A stretch of DNA of 49,314 nucleotides, taken from contig ADNK01003262.1 in NCBI GenBank assembly GCA_000320545.1, forward strand, positions 1-49,314, in the 5' to 3' direction. This document shows, piece by piece, positions 38,095 to 49,314 of this stretch (position 1 is its first letter; each line of letters starts with the position of its first letter). Source of the DNA: Bigelowiella natans CCMP2755. Its lineage: Eukaryota; Protista; Cercozoa. The notes under the pieces were generated by a model. It saw only the letters and a program-made list of their open reading frames with translations. It was not told the DNA's origin and did not search any database. The position numbers and the translations under genes were made by a program.

Positions 38095-39003
38095 GAGTAT
38101 ATTTTATATAAGATATTAAGATGAAGAGGACTAGGTATTACAAATTTCGTTTGCCTCACGTGGCATGTCAGCCCAACACTCATTCTTTCTTTCAATCGTA
38201 TCCCCCCTCCTCCCTCCATTTTCCCATCTCACCCATGATGCGAGACTTTAGTTTCTGGACCACCGTTGTTAATTATTCGGCCCGGAGAATTAGTCTTCAG
38301 ATATGTGGAAGGAGGTAGAAATAAAATCACCCGCGATTATTACGTAAAATGGAATATTAATGTACATTTAGTTATTAATTACCCACGATTTTGGTAAATG
38401 TTTTGATATTAAGAACAATCTTATCCTTATTTTTCATGTGCAATTTTTGCTAAGATTTGGAATCAGCTTCTATATCATAAAATGAATATATATTTCTATG
38501 TAAACATATATGCGACGTAGATTTACTGTAATATGGGAATCATAGTGGACAAGATTAATCATGATATGAAAAGTAAATCAGGATTTAAGACTAAATATTA
38601 TGAAAGGAGAATGGCCTGTATTTTTGTACTTATGGAAAATTTATTCGGTATTAGAAACACTCCTACATTTTGATTCATAGTGCGCCTGTTTACCTTAAAT
38701 TTAAAAGTGAAAATCCACCATAAGAGATTTTTCCTGACGAAGGCCTGGAATGGTCCAGGAAAACATCAGGAATTACGATCAAATTATCTTACGACAAGAA
38801 AACATATATGTCGTATTAAAAAATATCATTTTAAGAATTAACTAATTTTGAAAGGATATTATTGACAAGTTATATAGATAATTTTCAGTCGTTCTACAAA
38901 AATCGGAGAATATAATTTATTATCATCTCATAAGAAAGCCTTTCTCCGTGTTTGGGTTCCGTGTGGGCCCCGTCGTTCAAAACTCTATAGGCCTGTAAGC
39001 GAG

Positions 39004-41581
39004 ATGGATGCCTTCGGTGATGGGGCTTTCGAGGCTTTCGACGCTGACCCACCACCTCCCCCACGCCGAAACAGCAAAGACAAATACCTAGTAAATACTA
39101 TTTCGGGAGATCATGCTACGTCTTCATCCTCCACGAAAGAAACTTTTACAAAGGAGGAAACTGAAGCTAATACACTTGAACAGAGGGTGGTTCCCATCGC
39201 TATTGAGGGATGCCAAGCAGAGACATGCTTTCCACCACTATGGGATATTTCTAAACAAAAACAGGAAATTGAGTCCAAACCCCCTACGAAGCCGGCAAGG
39301 GAGTATCCTTTTACGCTTGACCCTTTCCAGAAGCAGGTGGTGACACACATGCGGATGAAAAGAGAGCATGGATGAAGATTGTCAAAATCTTATTTTCTAT
39401 AGAGTCTGACTATGTGTGTAGATCATCATGTGCGTTTTACTACTCTCTAATAAAATATAATCGGTATTGTACTGCTGCGTATTAAGCACAGCAGCAAACT
39501 GAAAGTGATGAATGTTGCCATTGATATGATTTGCAAAGGCGGTCCAATGTCTGGAAAATAACCAATCTGTCCTCGTATCAGCTCACACATCTGCAGGGAA
39601 AACAGTGGTGGCCGAATATGCAATCGCGATGTCATTGAGGGACCAGCAGCGCGTTGTCTACACATCGCCGATCAAGGCGCTTTCTAACCAGAAATACCGC
39701 GAGCTGCATGAAGAGTTTAAGGACGTTGGCCTTATGACAGGGGATATATCTATTAATCCCTCTGCAAGTTGTCTTGTTATGACTACTGAGATATTGCGTA
39801 ACATGCTCTACCGAGGTTCCGAGGTAATGCGCGAGGTGGCCTGGGTGATCTTCGATGAAATTCACTACATGCGCGACAAGGAGCGTGGTGTTGTATGGGA
39901 AGAAACGCTAATCCTGCTCCCGGACAAAGTGCGCTTTGTGTTTTTATCGGCAACCATTCCTAATGCTCGAGAATTCGCGTGCTGGATCGCTAAGATGCAT
40001 AAGCAGCCCTGCAATGTTGTCTACACCGACTACAGGCCAACCCCGCTCCAGCATTTTGTATGTTAGAAAGATAACACTACTAACTACCACCACTTTAATA
40101 ACTACCAATAGTAGTAGTAGTAGTAATAGCAGGAGGAGGAGGAGGGTGAGCAGCAGCAGCAGCAGCAGAGTAGTGCATGACTGGATACAACACTCTTGTA
40201 GCAGCTGTACAGGAGCAACATCAGTTGATGAGACGGTGCATATACTGATCACCACCATTGCAATCGCATGTGTATGCTGGGACATAATAACTGATATGGT
40301 ATCATCAATGTGTACTTGTGTTTGTTGGGCAGGTATTCCCGATGGGTGGAGACGGTTTATATTGTGTTCTCGACGAAAAGGGTGTCTTCCGGGAACGCAA
40401 CTTCCAAAAGGCGTGTGCCGTACTTAACAACCAGCAGGATAATAATAATGCTGATCCAGAGCGTGGTGCTGGTAGCGGGAAGGGTACCAAGAAGAACAAA
40501 CGAAGAAGGAAAAACAACAAAGCCAAGACAGGACTTGACATTGCTAAGATCGTTCGTATGATCATGGAGCGGAAGTATGACCCTGTCATCGTGTTTAGTT
40601 TCTCCAAGCGCGAATGCGAGGTGATAAGACGCGGGCAAGATAAATTACTACTACGACTACTTTTACTACGACTGACTACTACGACTGACTGCTACGACGA
40701 TGACAACTAATACTACTACTCCTACAACAACAACAACAAAACTAACAACTCCTTTTCCTGCCATATTTATCTGAGAAGATGAATCTGAAACCCTCACACA
40801 TAAACACACACCACACAACACGAATGTAGATGCACATGTGTATTCTTCCTCCTCCTCCTCCTTCTCCTTGTCAAGGCATATGCGATGGCACTGGTAAAGC
40901 TTGACTTCACAACTGACGATGAGAAGAAGATGATCCAGGAGGTTTTTAACAATGCCATTGATTCGCTCTCGGATTCCGACAAAACTTTGCCCCAAATACA
41001 CCGAATGGTGCCGCTTCTGAAGCGTGGGATTGGAATTCACCACGGTGGATTGCTACCTATTCTCAAGGAGCTTATCGAGATTCTTTTCCAAGAGGGACTA
41101 CTCAAGGCTCTTTTCGCTACAGAAACATTTGCAATGGGGTTGAATATGCCCGCCAAGGTAAGATAAGAAGGTGGTGACCGATCATCTGGTCAGTTTACTG
41201 AAATTGTTTCTATTGATGATGTGCAAGTCGGAAAATAAGGAGGTGGAGGAGGAGGCGTTATATAAATACATGATGCTTATTGTAATTCTAATAATTTTAT
41301 CAGTATTATTAATTGTGGCACGACGTATTATTAATATTTACAACAGACGGTGGTCTTCACCAACGTGCAAAAATTCGATGGCACCGATTTCCGATTAGTT
41401 TCAGGTGGGGAGTATATCCAGATGTCAGGACGGGCAGGGAGACGTGGTTTGGATAAACGAGGAATTGTGATTCTTATGATGAATGAAGGACTGGATCCAG
41501 TAAAAGCAAAGGAAATGATAAAGGTTGTTGGATGAAATACTGGGAAAGAACGAAAGAGAGAGAAAGAGAGAGAGAGGGAGA

Positions 41582-41626
<45 letters not shown>

Positions 41627-41812
41627 GGAAAAGGAGTACAGACGATAGCACAATTGCAAGTGAAAGGAAAGAGACGATGAAAAAGAAGAAGAAGATGTTG
41701 ATGAACACCAAAAAGAGTTAGCAAGCATATGAGCGTATACATGGTGTAATTTGACGATGATGATTATGTGCTTCTTGATGGTGATAGCGAGGGTGCTACC
41801 ACCACTACCACC

Positions 41813-41850
<38 letters not shown>

Positions 41851-42964
41851 ACAAGCCCCTCCCCTACGGCGTCTCCTCCTCCCCCTTCCCCCTACTACCT
41901 ACTATTCCCTTATTGTTACTAACAACATTGATCAATACATATATTATTAGGGCTAACAACATTGGTCAATACATATATTATTAGGGCTAACAACATTGAT
42001 CAATACATATATTATTAGGGCCACTCGGATCCCCTAAATAGCTCATTTCACCTTGGATACAACATGATCCTCAATCTTATGCGAGTGGAAGGGACTGATC
42101 CTCAATCGCTAATGCAGCAGTCGTTTCGCCAATACCAACAAACACAAGCACTGCCACGACTCCAAGAAGACCTGTCAAAATTGAAGAAAGATAAGGAGGA
42201 CAAATTCCAATTTCAAGCAGAAGAATTTAAGGCGATAAGCGAGTAATTAATAAATTCATTAGATGTGTAATTACAACAAATTTGTAGTACGGTAATTACC
42301 AATAAATCAATAGATTTTCTTCCTTCATCCTCCCACCCATTTACCCATCCATCCATCCATCCATCCATCAGTCAGATAGGATCAACCTTCCTTTTTTTTT
42401 TCTTTCTTCTTCTTCTTCTTCTTCTTCTTCTTCTTCTGACATGATCCAACAACCACCTTCTCTTTGTAATAGTAGTAGTAATAGTAGTACTAGTGGTCAA
42501 AGTAGCAACAGATAGCTGCATCAAAGATTATTTTTACTACTACTACTGCTAAAGAATAACAACAGTTGTAAAAGAAGGCAGGGCATTGTTTTAACGGGTG
42601 AATTGATTCTGTCGTTCATCTCTTTCTCTCTCTCTCTCTTAACCCTAAACTGAAAGGTATCATCATCTGAAATCTCAACATGCAAAGACGGCATCTGCAA
42701 TAAGAGCTGTTCTTACAGATCCAGTCAACGCATTGCCTTTCTTGAATCCAGGACGATTGCTGCAGATTGAGCACTTAAACATCAACTGGGGCTGGGGCGT
42801 TCTTATTAATTTTAGGAAAAAAACTGTGCCAAAAACTTCGCCCGCAGCATCAGCAGGCGAAAAGCTTTACATCCTCGACGTCTTGCTTGCTTGTAATGAA
42901 ATTGTCATTAGAGCTTTGATATATTCCTCCATTGTTATTCACGACAGCAAACAGAATACCCTCC

Positions 42965-42999
<35 letters not shown>

Positions 43000-44454
43000 C
43001 TGCACCACATGTGCACGCATTCATTCATATAAAATACGCGAATACAGCAGAATTGTAGCAGCGCATGGTTGAATGTAATGAGCCTTTTTAAAGTTGTAGC
43101 ACAATTATTAAATGTACACAAATAATTATAATAATGTAATGATAACAATAATAACAAATAAATAACTGTCATAATTGCAATAATTGTAAGAATAATAGTC
43201 TCTCTCTATGTTCGATGCTATAGGCACTTGAGCAGTAATTATAAATGTGGGGTTTTTAACATGGATAATGTGTATTTCGATCATGCCTGTATTTATATGT
43301 ACACATCTATTGCATTTGAATAAATCAGCGCCATCATCGTCATCATCATCTTTTATATCACTTCTAGGTAGCATGGCCGGCGATAAGAGTAACAGTAGTA
43401 GCATGAGCAGCATCAAAAACTCCAAGAAGCGTAATCGTAGCAACAGAGGAAGAGAACCATCGTCATCATCGTCATCACATCATAGTAGTAGTAGTAGCAG
43501 CAGCAGCAGTAGGATCAGCAGCACAAGCGACGATGGTAAAAGAATAAATCCTGCTCGGAAAGGAGAAAAGGGCGAGATGTTAGTGGTGCCTTTGGAGCTC
43601 AAATGTGTAACAGCAATGAGTGCTGTACGTGTTTATGTTCCCAAAGATATTCGAAGCGTTGAGAACCGAGAAAGCGTCGGAAAGGCTATTAGAGAGGTCC
43701 GACGTCGATTTCCTGATGGCGTTCCATTGCTGGATCCTGTTGAAGACCTCAAAATTACGGATTCAGCTTTTCTCAAGCTAGTGAGGAGACTTGAGAGCCT
43801 TGAGAAGTAAGTAAGTAAGTAAGATGGTGGGTAGATACTTGTGAAACGACGTTGAAGATGAAGAAGATACTATGTTCAGTCGTCTTTCGTTAGTTTCGTC
43901 ACCATTATCATCATCATTATCACTATCATCATCATCATCATCATCATCATCATCGTTGCTTTGTCTTTAGCCGTATTCGCAAGCACAAAGCACGCAAAAG
44001 CAAAGATCTTGACGTGAAGTATAGCATGTACGAGCGGTACCTTGCCCTTGAATCAAAGATAAAAGAAGCAGAGTCAAAAGTGAAGGAGTGCATGGAAGAT
44101 ACCAAGCTTAAAAACACACTCAAGGGCATGACACGTGTGCTTAGAAGGCTTGGCCACACAACTGAGGACAATGTAGTAGTAGTAGTAGTAGTAGTAGTAG
44201 TATAAATCAGAAAGAGCACATCTACTGGCTTGTTGTTTCAGTATTGTATGTATTTGTAGAAATGAATTAAATAGTTTCTTGTTGTAGTTGTCGTTGTTGT
44301 GACAATTCATTAATGTTTTTGTTGATGTATGTGGAGGTAGGTCGTAGCTCTGAAGGGGCGAGTGGCGTGTGAGATCAGTTCATGCAACGAATTGGTGGTG
44401 GCAGAGATTATTCTAAGCAATATGCTCAACGACCTCACTGTAGAGCAGGTACTA

Positions 44455-44486
<32 letters not shown>

Positions 44487-44498
44487 ATGAGGGTAATG

Positions 44499-44538
<40 letters not shown>

Positions 44539-44689
44539 AATAGTAGTAGTATGTGATGGTGGGTCATAATAATACACTGCGCATCATGCATGCATGCATG
44601 CATACCGTAACTACTCGGTTCATACTTAGTACTTTCTTCATTACATTTATCTCCTATCCCCATTTCATATCGATTTCATATTATCCTTG

Positions 44690-44726
<37 letters not shown>

Positions 44727-45536
44727 GTCTCTATGTCTCTATGTGTCTGTATGTGTTTTATTGTGTGTGAGTAGATTTGTTTGTTTCATTGTCTTGTTTA
44801 TCGAGGATCATCATTCTCTTCCTTTTCCCTTTCATCTCTATTTTCTTCTCCTCTTCCTCCTCCCCCCCCTTCCTCCTCGCTCCTCAGGTGGTAGCCCTTC
44901 TCAGTTGTCTGGTGTTTAGCGACAAATCCGATGATCGAGTTCAATTGAAAGAAGAGTTGCACAAGCCACTAAGGCAGATGCAGAACTGCATCAAGAAGGT
45001 CGCACAGGCCATGGAGGACGCCCGCCTTCCAATCGACGTTGATGAGTGAGTACGCAGTAGTATTCAATCATCATCATAATTCTTATAGCCAAAGTAGAGA
45101 CCACATGATCATCATCTAGTTCCTGTGATGACTTTATGAATTTTGCTATTACTACTGCTACATCTACTACTACCACTACTACTACTACTCATGTTCCCTA
45201 CTAACGTCATCATGTCATCTACATCGTGCGTCATCATCTCTGTTGTTTTGTGTGTCATTATCATCATCATTACCCAGTTTTGTAGATCAGTTCAAGCCGT
45301 CTATGATGGACATAGTATATGCGTGGGTCAAGGGTGCAAAGTTCGTGGACATCTGCAAGTTGACGGATATTTTCGAGGGCACAATCATTCGATGCATCCG
45401 ACGCTTGGAAGAGTTGATGCGACAGATGAGTTCAGCGGCCAAGTTGATTGGAAACACGGAGCTGGAAGACAAGTTTCAAGATGGGATCGCGAAGTTAAAG
45501 CGAGACATCATATTCGCTGCTTCGTTGTACCTGTAA
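39004..45536 (+). CDS. MTR4: Exosome-associated DExH RNA helicase MTR4 (MTREX/SKIV2L2/Dob1), about 12 exons
   Basis: [13 protein letters not shown] | [110 protein letters not shown], arch/KOW region WGWGVLINF, and C-terminus [18 protein letters not shown]...[12 protein letters not shown]. Exons include 39004-39336, 39539-40057, 40333-40620, 40876-41157, 41347-41523, 42019-42242. Confidence 0.96.
41919..42020 (+). repeat. Three tandem 34-bp copies of an MTR4 branch-point-like motif + 3' splice site
   Basis: Unit ctaacaacattg(a/g)tcaatacatatattattaggg at 41919, 41953 and 41987. Confidence 0.93.
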
Positions 45537-45649
45537 CATTTTGAGACGTCGATGACACGCATGTTTTATTAAGGCAATGTTGATCGAAATTTAGAAAGCC
45601 GCTGGTATTTTTCCTTTTAAACCAATGTTTAGAGTGAAATCGCATGCAT

Positions 45650-46871
45650 GAGCCGAGTGAGCCGCGCGGTGGAACACGCTCAGTGTTGTAGCTTCGCAAC
45701 CGATGAGATGAGCCACCACATCGCAGTTCCACACATTCGTTCAAATGGTTCTTGTGGCTAGTGGTGGTCTTGCGACCGGAACAACGAGGCTCATTCCATG
45801 GCCTTTGCGAACAATGTGCGGCAGTGTTGAATTTCAGTGGACACACAGCGCCGCCTCAAACAACACAGTGTGGTTGAACCAGCCACGACTAGACGAGGGT
45901 GCGAGGACTTGAGCCAGCTGATGGACCCGAAGCGGTGTTGAACCAACCACCCACCTAGCTAGCTAGCCATTTCTGGATTTGACTCGCTTCGGGTATGTCA
46001 GCTGGCTCAAGTTGACAAGCTAGACAGGACGCGCTAGCGCGCCTCGAGCAGGTGGACGTGCAAGGGCTGGAGAGGAGCTAGGGAGCGTGTCAAGCGCGCT
46101 CATCGCACAAGCTGGCCCATGCAAGTTAGGCAAGGCTAGAAGGCTCACCCCTCAAAGAAGAGGCCCAAGGTCATTGATTGGACCTCAGCCTCTGGCTGTT
46201 CATCGTTTCAGTGGTGCTCGAAAAAACAGACAAGGTGAAAAAAGAAAAAGTTGGAGGCCAGGACAACAAACAGTTTGCAAGCTGGAACAGTGGAAAAAGA
46301 AGCAAATGGCAATACTGAAGTCACTGGCACTGCTGACAAAAAAGGAAGAAAGAAGTGTTTCCATCGGAAGTGATTTCAAAGACAGAAACCGAGAAAGGAA
46401 GAAAGAAAGAAAGAAAAAAAGAAACTTTGTTGCGATGATCGACATTGAACATTGTGAACATTGAACATTGAACTGAGAACAGCAAGAACAATGACAATGA
46501 ACCACATTTCCAAAATGCAACAAGACATTCACAGTGCACGAAACGCAGTGCCCCGAACTGACTTCAGTGAGGTCCAACCAGTGAAACCAGAAGGAATCAA
46601 GAATGGCATTCTGGCCTTTCCTCCACTCCTAGTTTCATTTTCTTTCGTGCCTTTTCTTTGCCAACTTCAGGACTGTGACTTCTCTTTGCTTTCTTCACCC
46701 GAAATCCTCTTTTGATGGCTTTCTTCTTCTTGGAGCATCGATGCAAAACAACGTGCAAGAGAACCACACGGGAGGCGTGCACTTGCACGCAGCAGCGCCC
46801 ACAAGCAAAATTCGACTGCATTTCCGAAGTGTTGCATGCAAAGTGCTGATGATGATGCTGATGCTGATGCT

Positions 46872-46902
<31 letters not shown>

Positions 46903-46915
46903 ATGTCGTCCTAGA
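45650..46915. repeat. TpA-depleted island 4 downstream of MTR4 (repeat relic plus possible decayed gene fragment)
   Basis: 14 TpA counted in 45661-46910, 10 of them in CTAG, and only 2 in 46141-46910. All six track ORFs between 46087 and 46914 lack Tyr. Confidence 0.8.
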
Positions 46916-47215
46916 TAATTCCCCTGTGTTATTTTGACTAGACTACTGTACTCTAGGTACTTACTTCCTGCATGAGACGAACAACAACATCAATCATCAT
47001 TGTAGCAGAAAAAAGAACGCCACGCCACGACGTAGTGGTGCCTGTACATCGCTCTTGATTTGAGGAGGAGGAGGAGGAGGAGGAGGAGGAGGACCCTGGG
47101 CCCTGGGAAATTTGGAGATTTTCGTTGATACTTAGTTATTGTGACAAGGTTTTTTGGTTGTTGATCAAGATGGCTGTGGTCTGTGATTAGCACAACCTTT
47201 TCACCCTAGAGAAGG

Positions 47216-48344
47216 ATGAAGTTCCTGTTTATTGCAGCTGCTGCTGTTGCATCAAATATTGTGAGAATACCTGGACAGGGCTCGGTCCGAGGAGGCAGAA
47301 ACGGGTCAGCCTATCATGCTCCAAATGATTTTACAATCGTGCTTATCGCCTCTCTTTATTATTCCTTTAAACAATTCAGAAGCTGTTCTTTTTATCTTGG
47401 AATGCCCTATGCAGAGCCACCGGTTGGTATCAGAAGGTAAAAACTCCGGGGATGATGACTAACCATAAATGAGTTCTTCCTCCCCTCACCCATAGAACCA
47501 AACAAAGCAAATGATGAATAGTCGTGCATGGGGTCCACTCCTCCCCTCTCAAAACCACACACAAAGCACACAAAGAAAGACAACTTCATGACAACAGAAT
47601 ACTACTTTTAGATGGACGGATCCAGCACCAAAATCCTCATGGGAGCCAGCTGTGAGAGACGCCAGTTCACACGGACCTACATGCCCACAGGTTGGTGGTT
47701 TTCGCCAGTTGTGGTGGCGAAACAGTAGTAATAGTAAAGTGGTGTTGGGAGAGGTATTAGCAGCAGTATCTGCTGCTGCTGTTGCTGCTGCTATGAAAGT
47801 AAGAGACTTTAGGTTGTGGCTATATGTTGTTATTAGATAGAAAGATAGCACCATGAAATGAAAGCTTGTTTAGCCTCCTGAAAGAAGGGCAACACAGTAT
47901 AACTTTCTTAGCACGGTGGATGGCCTACGTTGCTTTCGATGTGGCAGGATGAGGGTAAAAACATGTCCTTGACAGTGAAGAAGAAGAATAAGAAGAATAA
48001 GAAGAAGAAAGGGGAGAAGGAAAACATGATGATGATGAGTAACGGAATATATCAACAACATTACAGCATAGTATTAAATGCAGATCCAAAGACAAGTGTC
48101 CCCTCTCACTATTTGTAAGCCATAAATTGGCAAATACGTATGCTATGAGTAGCTTTACAAGAATAAGGAAACAAAGTTACCCCTCAGTACAATGTACTCA
48201 CCATTATCAGCGTCGTTGTCATCGACGTCATCATCATCTTCTTCTTCTATTCTCACCATACATTAGATTGCCTACAACTCAACATATTCAAGCATGAGAA
48301 TCGCAATGTGTCAACTAGAATCGGGGAGCTTCCTCTTCTTCCGG

Positions 48345-48379
<35 letters not shown>

Positions 48380-48494
48380 AGTAGTAGTAGTAATAGTATT
48401 ATCCGTGAGTGAGTGAGTGAGCGGATGAGTGTGTGTGTGTGTGTGTGTGTGTGTGTAACATCACCTTTATTTTCATTCATCGGGCTAAGCAAGC

Positions 48495-48538
<44 letters not shown>

Positions 48539-49314
48539 GAAGTATTTGGTTGTCGTTGCTGTAATTTATACTTCTCTTTATACTTTCTTCTGCTATAAGG
48601 ACATACATGTAGTTCTATACCTTTATTACTGGAGCACTTTCTGTTACGACGCACAAAAAACAACAACATCAATTAGGTGATGATTTGGATTCATGGTGGC
48701 AGTTACACTTGGGGAGGGGCGCATGATACTGAGACTGACGGTATAGTGTGCAATATTCTTACTAGAGTACAGAAATGAGCGAGCTCTTGATTGGTAGAGA
48801 GTAAATATTTTCTGAAAATATACGTGTGTGCGTGTACGAGAGAGAAAAAGTATGTGCGTGCGTGTCTGTTTTTAAAATTTAAAGAGAAGGGGGGGGGTTA
48901 TAAAGGGAATATGCGTTTGATGTGTGGACCACTTCACAGGATGCAGGTTTGTTGAGAGCAGCCCAGAAATCATTGTCGTAACTATCCAATACAGGTGAAG
49001 AGAGAGAGAGAGAGAGAGGGGGGGGGGGGGGGGGGGGTCTAATTATTATGATTTTATGAGACAATTAGAACAACGTGCATACTTCCATAGCGGATGGGCT
49101 GGGTGTGGAACACAAGCTGTTGTATCGTAGTGACAAAAACTTCGATGCTATACAAAATGAAATCTAGGAGAAAAAAATATATTTGTGATAATCTAACCCC
49201 TAATAGTAGTATTCTTCCATCACCCTCATGGAGGCTACAGTAGCACAGCAGGTTTCGACTACCAATCTTTGGTCGTTATCAACATGGCCAGCAATACGGA
49301 AATTTTTGACTACC
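47216..49314 (+). CDS. Type-B carboxylesterase/cholinesterase-like alpha/beta hydrolase, 5' part (truncated by window edge)
   Basis: Signal-peptide-like MKFLFIAAAAVAS, then VRIPGQGSVRG | FYLGMPYAEPPVGIRR | WTDPAPKSSWEPAVRDASSHGPTCPQ | DCLQLNIF | VMIWIHGGSYTWGG | IIVVTIQYR across GT-AG exons. Confidence 0.88.

Noticed and set aside
42638-42650. Telomere-like taaccctaaa
   Set aside because: A single short occurrence at an intron 3' end, not an array.
46087-46914. Six overlapping ORFs as real genes
   Set aside because: No recognisable domain. Their openness is explained by loss of TAA/TAG through TpA depletion.
1-49314. tRNA, rRNA or other structured ncRNA genes
   Set aside because: None recognisable by eye. 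A covariance-model search would be needed to exclude intronic snoRNAs.

Overview
Eukaryotic, intron-rich and extremely microsatellite-rich nuclear DNA, probably from a protist; the species cannot be determined from this window. Nine protein genes are recognisable: spatacsin/SPG11 (-, runs off the left edge), a micro-exon PA-domain + RING-H2 E3 ligase that the ORF track misses (+), CKS1 (-), a SURP-domain low-complexity protein (+), a SNF2/SMARCAL1-like helicase with a SAP domain inserted in its ATPase lobe (-), BUD23/WBSCR22 (+), RPS30 (-), MTR4 (+) and a type-B carboxylesterase (+, runs off the right edge). The first eight form four head-to-head pairs. The most striking signal is four intergenic islands (~17.8-18.5, 24.2-25.8, 35.95-37.4 and 45.65-46.9 kb), three of them between convergent gene ends. 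In these islands TpA is strongly depleted and survives mostly inside CTAG, CpA/TpG look enriched, CpG is retained and (CTAG)n runs occur. Three partial copies of the same LINE-like 3' end differ by reciprocal TA->CA and TA->TG changes. This points to a repeat-targeted, RIP-like A:T->G:C hypermutation process, opposite in direction to fungal RIP. Exon boundaries and dinucleotide counts were read by eye and are approximate.
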